From Camelus ferus (taxonomy: Eukaryota): a stretch of 64,000 nt of DNA. The translations under genes were made by a program, and so were the position numbers. Shown one piece after another: positions 11,276 to 24,736 of this stretch. Below the pieces are notes generated by a model. The model was not told the DNA's origin, did no database searches, and worked only from the letters and a program-made list of their open reading frames with translations. The stretch spans positions 73,782,001-73,846,000 of the forward strand of contig NC_045697.1 in assembly GCF_009834535.1 (NCBI RefSeq), given 5' to 3'. Position 1 is the stretch's first letter, and each line of letters opens with the position of its first letter.

Positions 11276-14200
11276 GCAGCACTTAATAATTTCTGAATGA
11301 ATGAGCGAATGAGAAAATGAGTGAATAAAGTATTGTCACCCTTTATTTCCATCACTCATCTCACTCACCACTTTTGTATTTAGGGTTTTATGCTGTCAAC
11401 CATCCTCTTGTTGGAATACTCATCTTTTCTTTTAATAAGAGCTTCTAAAATTTTCAGCTAATAAAATCAGGATTTAGGTCAGTTCAAAATTATTTTTCTC
11501 TAATATTCTCTTAGTGGGGAAAAAAACCCCTTTTAAGTCTTTGTTGCAGGAATGCATTTTGTGTGGTGGGGGTATGTATTTGCTTACTCGGTATTTTCAA
11601 CAGACCTTGGAATGCTTTAATATTCTAACTCAGATTTTAAACTCCCAAGTTGTAAGAGCCATGTCTAGTTTTATCACTTTGTATAATACACACTACAATA
11701 ATATTTAATAAATGTGAGATGATGATAATTTGGCTTGTAGCCAGATTCTTGAGTCTTTAATAATAAGGTAAAGGAGTTTGTTACCCTGCATCCAAGTCTA
11801 TGCTACAAAACTCCATGAAGAGTGTAGAAATGACTACTAAGCATGAACTGGTGTTGTATTTGTTCATGTACTATAATAAAACAGATACAGTGAAAAGATT
11901 TAATTTGTGAGGCTGTATGAATATTGCTGACGTCCCCACAAGTCCCTTCTACCCAGTGAGCTTCTTTTAAGACAAGATGGCCTTGATTCAATTAGTCGTT
12001 TCCTGAGGACAGATCTCCATGGTTTGTCCTTTTCAGTACACTTCCTCTTATTCCCCTTTTTTTCTTATTTATTGGAGTTTGAGATAACTTCTCTTTTGAC
12101 TTAAATGTTCCAAGACCTCACCACACCTTGTTTGCTGTATATCTTTATAAATTGCCCCACTTGTGTTTTCACCATAGTCTCTTCCCACACCAGCTTCTAC
12201 TTTAGTCCTTGTATTCCTTTTGTTTCTCCTAGTTTTGCCTCATAAACCAAGCCCTAAGCATAATAACAAATTATCTGTTTTTGACATCCTTGAATCAGAA
12301 ACATTAGCAACTATATGAACCATCACTTGTCCTGGAACCACCAAACCAAGTCCAATTCTTATGGCTAAATCTGTGGATACAACTACTTGGAGATTGGCGG
12401 ATAGAGCTTCGTAATATCTGTGGTTAGGTTCTGTGCATCATAGAAATTCTTATCAACTACAATCTGAGAGTTGAGTTTTAAGTCCCAGGTTTATTTGAAT
12501 CTTAAGTTACTGAGAACTCTGAAGGCAGAAAACCAGAGGAAGAACAGCTTTTTATAGTAGCCCAGGACGACGGTTCTCATGACAACAGCCCTTTGTGTAC
12601 CATGTGTAGTTGTCCAGGAAGCATGTTTCAAGCATAAACTGGAATTTATTTTCTAAATACCCAAAATGTCCCATCTATCCTTCATGCATCCTAGTAGGTG
12701 AGCTTGTATAAATAATCAGGGAAATGGCACTAGTCCTCTGCTTTAGAAATTTTACAACAGAATCTTATGGAATATAAGGAACAAGGACTTATTTTCTGTT
12801 TTAGGCCCCTGTTCTACAGGCTGACACACATAATCTGTGTTTAATCTTTACTCCCACTTGAGACATCAAACAAGGTAATAATGGTTGAGGCTGAATATGG
12901 ACTTCTTGATGCTGCCTGAAAACTGGCCAGAGGCTGACACCACCTCCTTCTCTTCATCTACTAGCCACTGGATGATAAAATACCTGGTATTAACTAGCTA
13001 ATAATTAAAAGGAAGGCCAAAACAAAGACATAAACTTGCTAAATCTAAAAAAAATGGAGGGACACCAGGAAACAAACTGAAGTTACTGACACCAGGGAGT
13101 ATGCCGCCTGACCATCAGGATGACTGCAGAGTTGCTTCCTAGTCCTGGGAGCACCATGGGGAAGTCAGCACTGGCCCCAGCAGGGCTGGGGAGTAGTGAC
13201 AGGTTAAGAAGTGTCTGGGGAGATCTGAATGGCCAAGAGAGCTTTTGGAACTTTCTCTGGGAATTTTTAAAAAATTAAAATAATGAATCTCTTCATTAAA
13301 TTATAAGTAGTTGGAAATTTTACTTTAAGGAAATCCATAAATATGAAATTTTTGTCAATTGATCCAAAGGGAGATATTAAGTCAAATGCCAGGAGTGAGA
13401 TACATAGTTCCTTAGGCCTGAGCCAAGAGTAAGGAAAACAAGACTTGTGCTTTTAAATTACCCTCCAGAGGCCCAAACAGACACAGCGTCTCTGTCCCCA
13501 AAACTTCTGAACTTGATGGAGAACGACATATTACCTGTCTTTCATAAACACAGAGAAGAGAGTTTTACAAATACTCAGATCAGAAACACAATGTGTTCCG
13601 AAATGCATTTGTAAATCAGTTGATTTACAAATTGGAGTTAGAACACATTTTTTACACTAATCCATGGTTCAGGTTCTCAGAAGAATCAAAAAAATTCTAC
13701 TTAAAGTCCTGCAGTTGAAAACCTGGGTCATCCAAATGTTGACTAATACAACCCAAGCTCTTTGAGTCCTCAGCTACAGTAAACACCAAAGGTGGGGGCC
13801 GGAGGGAGAGCAGCTCCCACAGTAGCCTGGGAAGATAGTTCCCATGACAACAAATATATTGATATACGTGCCATTCATAAGTCAAGAATTGTCAAGATAT
13901 GCAGCAGAATATTCCCGCTGTTCAAACCCAAAGGTGACATATATCAACCTCAGATTTTTTCAATTTCATTTTCAAATAAAAAAGTGTTTTTCATTTCATT
14001 TTAAATAAAACTGCTTCTCATTCAGAGTTTTCATTCACTTTTTCTATCTCAATCTTTATTTTCCTTTCTAAAACTAAAATATAGAGCTTTTACTCTGGCA
14101 GTAATTTTCCTCCATGTTCCAGAGACCCTCTTGGTAAGACCTCTGATATAACACATCACCCTTTCAACATAAGGAACCATTGGCCTTTGTCTACCTCTTC

Positions 14201-15679
14201 CTCACAGAGCTTTTTACTGCTGTCTTCTTTATCAGCTGTCCCTTGAGAAACAGTCCTTGCCAACTAGAAACCACTGCTCATTCAAATTTAGTGAACGGCT
14301 TAATGCTAGTGTTAGGTTATATCCCTGGCCTTTGCCGTGGAGAACAAACTCACATTTTGATGCTCTTCAACAGTAAACCTCTCAACAAAATGTGGCACTA
14401 CCTTACATGTTTAGAATCGCACATAAGATTCACTATTGAATTTATGATGAACACGGGATAGAAGATTCTGGAATTTTAGTAGTGTCTAGACCAAAAAAGG
14501 AGGTTATATTTGGCATTCTCCACTCCTATTCCTCTCTCTCTTCAACTCTTTTTTTTCCAGAAACTTGCTCAGCCTTGCTCTCTTCCTGGGCTTGACTCTT
14601 ACACCTCATTTTTCCAGCAAGACATGCTATTGAGATAAGGTCTTGGCTGACTTACATTCTGGCCTCGTATCTGTAATTACCTGCTGTGTAGGCTGTCCCC
14701 CAAAACAGCAGGGGGAATTTTATTAGAGACGCCAGCGGTTTTTGTATAAGTAGTCATTCCAAGTTGTTAGTGACTATTCTCATTCCCCAGATTGCCAGGA
14801 AAAGTTAGGTGTTAGTGTCAAACCTAGCTCAAGGTGCACCTTCAAGACCCCAGCGAGTCTCAGGAGGCCCTACGCCTCTTCTCATCTTGAGGTATTCCTC
14901 ATCTGTGAGCCAACACAGAGCCGAGAAGGAGGCAGAGAGAAGCACAACCTGCTGAAATGCAGCCCAGTTCTTCCAACTGTATAAGTATCGTTTCCTGTTT
15001 GCCTTAAATTTAACAAAGGGTCACTGTGGTGTCATGCATTATTCAGCAAATACAATACACAACAGTTCATCTTTCCAGAAGTGTCTGAAACATTCTGGGC
15101 TTAAGTCATCAGCTCAAAATTTATTCTGTTGTCAGGTCAGCCCCAACTGATAATGTAGTTTCTACTTCATACTCTTGGCCAAAGATTCAATTTTCTATTA
15201 TCTGCTTAGTTATTGACTTTGTTATTTCTAGTCTTAATGACCTTTATAAAAGTTCTTTTATAGTGGTAGTGATAACTGACACTGTTATCAATTTAATGCA
15301 AATGATTAAATGAATCATAAATGCAGAGTTCAGTGTTATTTTCTATTTTTAAAAGGGGAGTATTAATTAGTTATACATATTCGGTCTCTAGCAGATTCAA
15401 GTGATTTGCTTCTGCATAAGGACAAAAAGCAATTCCATCATCAGAGATGATAGGACATACACTACAGACAGCAGTCCTGCTAATTCACATTGGCAAAAAG
15501 AAATAACAAGACGAATCAATGTAACTGTCGGTAAAATCCTGTTTCACCACAATTGTCACCAGCAATTCTCTTCAAATGCAGAATATAGCACATTTGTGAT
15601 TTTGGAAAAATCCTCATTTGGGGCAAAGGTAGTTTGGGATAGCTATTGGCAGCTCATTGACTGAGTAGCAATAATAAAT

Positions 15680-16005
15680 CATTAAAATGTAAGTATGCCT
15701 CAGTTTCCATTTCTGTGGAAGAATATGAGTGGCATTTGTGTTTGAAGCCCTTAGAGGGACAGTGTATCATAGCGGTTGGGTGCATAAGCCTGGAAATATA
15801 CTGAGTGAGTTTGCAGCCCGTTATGCACAATTAATAAATAATCTTATGCAAATTACTCATGCTCTCTGTGCCTCAGTGTTTCCATTTGTAAAACGAGGAT
15901 GATAATAATAATAAGGCAACTTTTAGGGATGCTGTAAATATGAAATGAAAAATGCATGTAAAATACCTAGAACAGGGCCTGGTACAAGGCAATAATTCAA
16001 TAATT
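15680..16005 (+). mobile_element. MIR SINE relic(s)
   Basis: CTCTCTGTGCCTCAGTGTTTCCATTTGTAAAACGAGGATGATAATA...AATGCATGTAAAATACCTAGAACAGGGCCTGGTACA, a MIR core and tail. Confidence 0.75.
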
Positions 16006-16393
16006 TAATGTTAAGTCTGTAGGTATAGCCACGAAAGCCAGACTATATTTTTAAAGCAATCAGAGGATACAGCTAATGAGGTTGTGACTGGCCCTGTTAA
16101 CATTTTGTTGCCACACATTTCCAAGTGCTTTGCAATATTTCTTATATATCCGAATACTATTTCTAGGAAAATATTAAATTAAATATAATGAGAGCAAAAG
16201 AAATAATTCTAAACTGAGAATCAGGTTATAGTGGCTGTCTCTGCCACCAACTGATCATGACCTTGAATGATTTGAGCTCTCAATTTCCTTAACTGAAGAC
16301 TCTGGGGAGTAAATTAATTATGTCGAAGACCCCTCCAGGGCTTACAAATAGGACTGTATTTGACTATCTTGAAATAATCAGGATGTAATTTTT

Positions 16394-17190
16394 TATTAAC
16401 TGAAGTATAGTCAGTTTACAATGTTGTGTCCATCTCTGGTGTACAGCATAATGTTTCAGTCATACACATACACACATATATTCCTTATATTCTTTTTCAT
16501 TCTAGGTTACTACAAGATATTGAATATAGTTCCCTGTGCTATACAGTAGAAACTTGTTTATCTATTTTATACATAGTAGTTAGTATCTGCAAATCTCAAA
16601 CTCCCAAATTATTCCTTCCTACTGCCCCCACTTTCCCTCCTGGTAACCGTAAGTTTGTTCTCTATGTCTGAGTCTGTTTCTGTTTTGTAAATTAGTTTAT
16701 TTGTGTCTTTCTTTTTTTAGATTCCACATATAGGTGATATCATATGGTATTTTTCTTTCTCTCTCTGGCTTACTTCACTTGGAGTGATGGTCTTGAGGTC
16801 CATCCATGTTGCTGCAAATGGCATTATTTTTTTCTTTTTTATGGCTGAGTAGTATTCCATTGTATAAATATACCACTACTTCTTTATCCAGTCATCTGTT
16901 GATGGACATTTAAGTTGTTTCCATGTCTTGGCTACTGTACATAGTGCTGCTGTGAACATTGGGGTGCATGTATCTTTTTGAATTAGAGTTTTCGACAGAT
17001 ATATGCCCAGGAGTGGGATTTTTGGATCATACGGTGAGTCTATTTTTAGTTTTTTAAGGAATCTCCATAGTGTTTTCCACAGTGGCTGCACCAAACTACC
17101 TTCCCACCAACAATGTAGGAGAGTTCCCTGTTCTCCAGCATTTATCGTTTCTGGACTTTTGAATGATGGCCATTCTGTCTGGTGTGAGGA
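16394..17190 (-). mobile_element. 5'-truncated LINE-1 3' end
   Basis: ORF 16876-17094 gives L1 ORF2 C-terminal [46 protein letters not shown] at 16382 and 17191. Confidence 0.93.
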
Positions 17191-17580
17191 GATGTAATTT
17201 TTAAATAGCCATTTTTCGACGGATGTGTTTGCTTAGGTATGGTAAGCTGATTTTCATGCTTTTAATCTTTAAATCAAGGTTTGTGTTAACTAAAATAGAA
17301 TCTCATGAATTTTGAACCAGAAATGTGACAAAATGCATTTTTCTACCAAAGAGTAAAGGAAAGCATATTATGCTCTATCTAACTGAATGTAATTGTAATG
17401 AAAGTAAACTTCTAGTTTAGGGCAACCTGGAAAGTAAGGATTTCAGTTAAGAGCTACAGAAAGGAAAGAGAGCTGGGGAGATGAGAGAAAACAAGTATAA
17501 CTCTTTAAGGCAAATTTAAATTACACTTTTAGGGAAATATTTGTAAAACAGAATTGTCTTTGCAGGGATCACATAGTCTT

Positions 17581-18063
17581 TTTTTGTTTTATTTTGTTTT
17601 TAGTGATGTACGGTTGATTTAAAATGTTATGTTAGTTTCAGGTGTACAGCATAGTGATTCAGTTATACATACATCTATCTATCTGTCTACCCTTTTTTCA
17701 GATTCTTTTCCATTATAGGTTATTACAAGATATTGAACATAGTTCCCTAATTCATAGAGTAGGTCCTTGTTGTATATCTATTTTATATATAGTAGTGTGT
17801 ATATGCTAATCCCGAACTCCTAATTTATCCCTCCCCTCTTTCCCTTTTGGTAACCATAAGTTTGTTTTCTATGTCTGAGTCTATTTCTGTAAATAGTTTC
17901 TGTAAATAAGTTCATTTGTATCATTTTTTTTAGATTCCACATATAAATGATATCATATGATATTTGCCTTTCTCTGTCTGACTTACTTCACTTAACATGA
18001 TCATCTCGATGTCCCTCCACATTGTCGCAAATGGCATTATTTCCTTCTTATTTATGGCTAAGT
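17581..18063 (-). mobile_element. 5'-truncated LINE-1 3' end
   Basis: T-rich tail plus L1 3'UTR; TSD GGGATCACATAGTCTT (17565) / GGGAGCACACAGTCTT (18064). Confidence 0.9.
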
Positions 18064-18399
18064 GGGAGCACACAGTCTTGAAGAGTCAGAAAGGATATAT
18101 ATAATACCAAACTGATTACAATGTTTAAGAATAGTATTATCTCAAGGAAACAGATCAGTGCCTACAGGGAAAGGGAAAAGTTGGGTAAGACAAGGAAAGG
18201 GACAAAATAAATGTGAAACAAAAAAAGTCCCAAAAGCTGATGAAAGAGAAGAAAGGGACTTTCTAGGTAAATAAAGGGACAATACAGAGCCAAAGTGTCA
18301 GGGGGAAGATCTAAAAGAAAGACACACAGAGAGAAATGGTGTCAAAAGTAGATTGATACGACAGTCAGAAAGACAGCTTCCAAATTCCAAAAAACACGG

Positions 18400-19100
18400 T
18401 GGGGAAAGGCTGAGAATCTTCAAAAACATCAATGTCATGAAAGAGTAAAAAAAAAAGAAAGACTGAGAAACTGTTCTGGATTAAAGGAGACTAAATAAAA
18501 TGCATGATTCTTGATAAAATCTTAGATTTTTATTAATTATAAAGGCATTGGGACAATAGGGGAATTTAGGTATAGACTCTCTATTAGACAACACTGTTGT
18601 GCCAATAATAAATACTCTGAGAATGGTGGTAAGACTGTACTTGTGTAGGAGAATATGTTCCTAGGAGATATATATGCTAAAGTGTTTATGGGTAAATTAA
18701 AGTGATAAATGCAACTTACTCTCAACAGGTTTGGGGGAAAATGTTATTTAAAGAAAAAGAGACAGTAAATATGGCAAAATATTGACAATTAGTGAATGTA
18801 GATGAAGAATCTGTGAGTGTTCATTGCATTAGTCTTGTTTTTTAATTTAATATTTTTATTTTTTATTTATTTACAATTTAATTAAAGTATAGTCAGTTAC
18901 AACGTGTCAATTTCTGGTGTACAGCACAATGTTTCAGTCCTACATATACATACATATACTTGTTTTCATAATAGATTACTATAAGATATTGAATATAGTT
19001 CCCTGGGCTGTACAGAAGTCATTGTTATTAGTCTTAGGATTTGACTGTAGGTTTGACTTTTTTTTCCAACCAAAAACATTTCTCAAAATTAAAAAAAAAC
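18400..19100 (+). mobile_element. Ancient L1 (L1MC/L1ME-like) 3' end interrupted by a younger L1 fragment
   Basis: GACTGAGAAACTGTTCTGGATTAAAGGAGACTAAA...GCAACTTACTCTCAA...AAATATGGCAAAATATTGACAATT resembles old L1M 3' ends. Confidence 0.6.
18837..19018 (-). mobile_element. Short LINE-1 3' terminal fragment
   Basis: Same 3'UTR as the copy at 16394; TSD TCATTGCATTAGTCTT (18821) / TCATTGTTATTAGTCTT (19019). Confidence 0.8.
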
Positions 19101-20679
19101 TTATTCTCACATTACTTTTGAATGTATAGGTTGTAACACTGTTTACAAAAAAATAAGTTTTCAGGCATGCTTGACTCCTGTCCATCATCCTCCTGCCCCA
19201 GGACTTTATCAAAGGGGAATGTTTGACCCTGAACCAGTACTAGTTGCTGATTAGTTCACACATAAGAACACCAGGCTCTTTGGAGGCTACTGCTTTCCTT
19301 GTAATTAGAGCCACAAGGGTTCTCGACAGCCAGTTATTTTGTGGTATCTATTGGGTAATGTCAAGAGAAAGAAAATGGGAACCTCTAAATGCAAATTCAG
19401 CCTGTGGTGAGAAAAGAGCTAGCAAGGGGGATTTCTTCTCCCAGACTGAGGTAGCAGTGTAAAGTCTTGAGTGGACAAACAAGGAGGGATAATTTGACAT
19501 ATAGAACCATTTGTCTCATATATCTTAGGCAGATATGGATGGTGAAAATAAACTGATTTTGGTAGTCTATTGAACATTTTTAATAACCAAAAAATTAACT
19601 CTCCAACAATATAAAAGGTGAAAAACTTTAGAAAGAACCTTTCAAAAAGGTGGAATTTTTCCCAATGAGGAAGCATTCTATCACTACTTGAAGTTTAAAA
19701 TTACTATAACGAACAGTTCCAGCAAGAATAAAAAGAAACTGTGCTCCCATACGTTGTGGATTTCAGCATAAATAGGTACAGCGCTTTTGGTAAATAGTTT
19801 GGCAAGAGGTTTCAAGAGTTGCAAAAACATTCTTTTCCTTTGATCACTTTTCACAATTTAGCTTAACGAAAGAAAGCGAGAGAAGCAAGGGAGAGGGAGA
19901 GAAGGGAAAGAAAGAAGGGAGGGAGAGGAAGGAAGGAAGGAAGCAAAAGTGAGCTATATATAACAAGACGGTCATTTCACATACTTACACTAACAAAAAG
20001 AGAGAGACAAGGAAAGAAAGAGAGAAAAACCTAAGGAAAGGAAAAAGAAAATGCCCAACAACGATGACATATTTGCATAATGAACAAGAAATACACAAAA
20101 TATTTTGCAAATCATAAAACTATGCAAGAAGAAGGAAAAATGCTCACAGTGTCAAGTATATAGAATTAACAATTGCATCTACATTTTGATTCAGCTATGT
20201 AAAGTCATGAAGTCATGAAGCATATTGATCGGTTGGATTAACCGGGATGGGAGTAAGGTTTATCCTTTCCAAGAGTAGACTTAAGTTTAATTGTGCTCTA
20301 AATAGGTTAGGGCATGCATGCAGCCAAGTCTACTGAATTGAATATAACTTTGGGGGTGTCAGTAAATATAAATTCTCTCCTCACCTCTGCTGCAGATTGT
20401 CCATATGAAATTATATTAAATCCCCATTACTCTGCAGCCTGGTATAAAACCATCTTTTCAAGGCACCAAAGACTTATTTACAAGTCATTGTAATGTAGTA
20501 GACAAATAATGTCTATTACAAGACATTATTTACAAGATTAGAAAAACTATATGTGCCAATTTGATGAGAGCAATTATTCTAGGTTTTCACCTTTACAAGG
20601 GGATTCTGGTACTGGCAACACTTCTGTTTGAGGGAATTTGGAGGAAGCTTGGATTAGAAGGGCCCCATAGTGTACCAGC

Positions 20680-20930
20680 AGTTAGAATAAGGACTCTAGA
20701 GCTAGGTAAGCCTGGGCTTGGATACATTTTGTCTGTACTAGTTGAATATCCTTGGAAATATTTCTTAATATCTTTCTGCACCTTTATTTCCCCATCTATA
20801 AAGCGGGTAAAAAAAATTACCTACTTTATAGGGTTATCATAGAGATGAAATGAGTTTTTTACTTAAAAATTTATAATGAAATGAGTTGATGCATATGAAG
20901 CCGTTCGCCCAGTGCCTGGCATACAGCGAT
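20680..20930 (+). mobile_element. MIR relic
   Basis: CCCATCTATAAAGCGGG...CCTACTTTATAGGGTTATCATAGAGATGAAATGAG...CAGTGCCTGGCATACAG. Confidence 0.6.
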
Positions 20931-21724
20931 GCGAGGGGACCATCAGGGACTGGGGTTGTTCTCTTCCATCTGCCACTTTGATACAACAAGCAGTTGGGTC
21001 TCGGGGTAGTCAGAATAAGAAACATCTTTTAATACTGTAGGGCTTGGTTCTAAATTTGGGCTCATTTATGTTATAGCCAGAATATTCAATGCATAATATT
21101 CCTCGAAGACATCTTTAATGTCCTACTTCTATCACCATATATGATTTTATTTTAAATAACACAAAAATAGGGTTGTGGGAGATTTTACAGGAGAAACTTT
21201 ACAAAGTTATATCCAGATAGGTTACTTCTTTTGTCCCAGAGAATAAATGTGATTGAGGAGAAAATGAAGAGTAAATTTTGGTCCTCCTAACACCAGTGCT
21301 GAAAGAGTTCGCTTCCCTGATGTGTCTTGCTGTAGTCACAACAGCAACATCCAGGGAATGAGTACCCCAGAAGATACTGAGACATTTTAGATAATCTGCA
21401 TCCCTCTGTTTTTCCAGAAAAATCAATTATGGAATCATGGGAATTCATCCAAACTTCTCTGAGGGACTGCTCTAATTGTCTAATCCAGCCATTATCAAGA
21501 AGTCAAGAAGTGAGCCAAGAATTTCTCTTTGGAATAAGCAGAGAAAGTGTGATGCTAATAAAATAAGTAAATAATAGAAGAAGATAAGTATCCAGATTGC
21601 ATCCTGTTATTACTCACCAAGCAGTTCTGTGCACTTATATGAACAAGGCTTTATATTAGCACAGCAGAGAAACAAGTGGCACTATCTTTGCTCACACTTT
21701 ATGTGATCAAAAGATATGCATGGT

Positions 21725-21852
21725 GGGGGAGGGTATAGTTCAGTGTTAGAGCACATGCTTAGCATGCACGAGGTCCTAGGTTCAATCCCCAGTACCTTCA
21801 CTTTAAAATAAACAAATACATAAATAAATCTAATTACCTCCCCCCACCAAAA
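21725..21852 (+). mobile_element. Vic-1-like SINE, long-tail form
   Basis: GGGGGAGGGTATAGTTCAGTGTTAGAGC...GGTTCAATCCC...; perfect 14-bp TSD AAAAGATATGCATG at 21709 and 21853. Confidence 0.93.
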
Positions 21853-22390
21853 AAAAGATATGCATGAATAAATAAATAAATAGTGAACTAGTAAATGCAT
21901 ACAAAAAAATTTATCTTTTCTTTCCTGGACAATGCCTAATGCAGTCTTGATGGCATGATGGTGAATAAGCTTTAAATCCTAAAGTCTTCATTCCAGCAAC
22001 TAGTATTCGTTTGTTTCTTGTTAGTTCCACAAAGAACTTGGGTGTTGAACTTTCAACACTTCATTAACTGAAAGGAGAGATTGGGGCAATCCCTGTTGCA
22101 ATAGCATGACTGCTTTTTTTGTTTGTTTAACTCTCACAGCCACCAACTGATAGCTACAAAGTTGTATCTCCTAAGGATGTGCTGAGAGAGTTTCAAGGCT
22201 CAGCAAATCTCACTCTTGCTGTCAGAGGTACAGTTATACATTTGATGTAGCTCCCAGGTTCATGATAAACTGAGCATCTCTTTGGATTAATAAATGCTGA
22301 GGTTACTGCCCTTGCAGTGAGGGAAGACAGTACCAATAATAATTCAGTTCGCTCTTTCTGGTTGGCACTTGGCAATTTTAGTTATTTGGC

Positions 22391-22405
22391 AGGTCAACCT
22401 GACCT
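22391..22405. promoter_or_regulatory. Perfect palindromic estrogen response element motif (IR3)
   Basis: AGGTCAaccTGACCT is an exact consensus match; function untested. Confidence 0.6.
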
Positions 22406-24185
22406 GGGTTATGTCACAAAAGACCACATGGGCCAGCTGTGGAAGCAAATCAAGCAATCCTAGCCTAAGTGTCACATAAAGCATTCTGTGCACATTTAAC
22501 AAGTTCAAGTACCAGGCAGTATAAGCCGGCTTTCCTCTGTGGACTTAAAAGTAAACATGTTTTTCCCCTTGTTTAATGGTAAAAAAAAAATTTTATTTTG
22601 GAGCAAAATTTCACTGAAGGTCATCTCCAGAAGTATTTCTAAATTCTAGGAACTTGAACAATATACTGATAGAGTCTATTCTTGGAAAAGGGTTTTTAAT
22701 ATTTACGTATAATCTACGTCCAAAGTGTGCTAGAAAACAACTCTGCTTGAACATATCAAAAATGACTTCTAAGTAATCACTAATGTGGTACTTTGTTTTA
22801 TTGTGATAATGGAAATGACAGTAAAAATTTTATCTTTTCTCTTCCTAGATAATGCCTAAACTGTTTCACACTCTTGATAAATATTTCTTGTATAAATGAA
22901 TAAATCTTTGACTAGCCTAGGAAAGTAGAATTTATTTGGCATTTATACCTGCTATTAATTTCCTGCTAATTTCCACAGGTATTTTAGGGACAATATTTGA
23001 CACCGTAATAGCCTAACTCTTTGAGATTCAAAGCTTGGCCCACAGCAGGCATCATCCACATCACCTGGGAGCCTGTGAGAACCACAGTATCTCAGACCTA
23101 ATGAATCAGAGCTAACAAATCGGCATCTTCACATTAAAGGATGAGAAAACCTGATTGAAAACAGATGAAATTGTTTTTGAATTATCATCAAAGCCTGCCT
23201 TAAAAGGAAACACAAGGGAAGTCGGTCTCATAAATAGTGCCAGGACCAGAGGTGATGTTTAGAAGGTTGAAAATGTTATGTTACTTTCTTGAATGGTGTG
23301 GTAGATATGTGAAGTCAAAGGGCTGTATCCAAGGAATTGTGAAACTTTGGGTAAGTTTCTTAACCTCTCTTAGAAATATTTGTTTAAAAAAAAAAAGAAA
23401 GAAAGAAAGAAAAAATAAAAGGCCAAGATAGAAGTCTTCTAGCCCTAATGTGACTTTTCTCTTGTCCTCAAGTGCCTTGGGTTTTATTTCCCAGAAATTA
23501 ACAGGGGCATCTCACCCTTAGTCATCCTAGTATAGCCACTGCATGTGCCTCCTGCCCACCCCTTTCCCTCCCCTCCCCCTACTCTGCCAAGTGCCTGAGA
23601 CATACGCTATATATATTCTAAATACGCTTCTGGCCCATGAAATGTAAAATAGTATTTATTCTGAAAAGCCCTTGTCATCTCAGGTAGATCAGAAAAGAAT
23701 TAACTCATGTGTATTACATGTGCACTCACTCAATTAATGGGGCACCATAAAATTAATGTCTAATTCTTGTAATATTCCCTCTTCAACACAGATTCACTCC
23801 TACTATACCTCATACTATCAAGCCAGAGGCCTTTTTTCATTCACTGAACAATTTTTAAAAGAAATCTTCCATAAAGATCTGTTTTATATTTTTATTGTTC
23901 TATTAACTTAATATGAGTTTTTAAAATACATTTAAAGGGGATCCCATAGAAAATAACTGCCAGCAGAGCTTTAAAAGAAGTTAAAACTCTTTTTGATTCC
24001 CTAGATTAGAGAGATGTTGTATTTATGGCATGATTTAAGCAAATATTACTAATAAGCATCATGATTATCAGCAAGTTATGACAAGTGGAACTGGACACAC
24101 CCTAATCTCACCACTGCCACCCCAAATCAGCTCTCTGTTGGGACCTTCCATTTGCATAGTACAAAGACTCAGAACTGGAAAACCA

Positions 24186-24736
24186 TGTGGCTCCAAAGTA
24201 ACCCTGATATGGTGACTTAAAGATATCATTGAATTCTTGCCACACCTCACATCAAGAGGTGAGGTTTATTTCCACTCCCCCTTGAACCTAATCTAGCCCT
24301 ATCACACACTTTGACAAATGGAATGTGGCAGAAATGACTGTACAACTTGCAAGACTGGTCTTCAAAGATCTGTATATTCTGCTTTTGCCCCTCCTGGAAT
24401 ATTCCTCAGAAACCAGCCACCATGTGGGAAGTACAACTACCCAGAGACCACCATGTTGGGAGGAATCCAGGCTAACCACGTGGAGGGAGAGAATCCATGT
24501 GGAGGAGCACTTACGTGTCAGACATGTGAGTAAAGCTTGCTTGGAACGTCCAGTCCAGCTCAACCACCAAGGGAGTGCAAATGAGTGAATGAGATAGTGC
24601 ATGCCAAGTGGAGCAGAAAAACTGTCCGACCAAACTCTGCCTCCATTCTGGACCCCGAGATCCATGAGCATATAAAACTTGTTGAAAGCACTGAGTTTGA
24701 GGGTAATTTGTTATATAGCTACAGATAGCCAAAACA
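24186..24736 (+). mobile_element. MLT1 (F/G-like) MaLR solo LTR
   Basis: CACACCTCACATCAAGAGGTGAGG...GAATGTGGCAGAAATGAC...GTTTGAGGGTAATTTGTTATATAGCTACAGATAGCCAAAACA, a typical MLT1 body and terminus. Confidence 0.85.

Noticed and set aside
16876..17094. ORF with protein-like sequence [15 protein letters not shown]
   Set aside because: C-terminal remnant of L1 ORF2 in a 5'-truncated copy, not a gene
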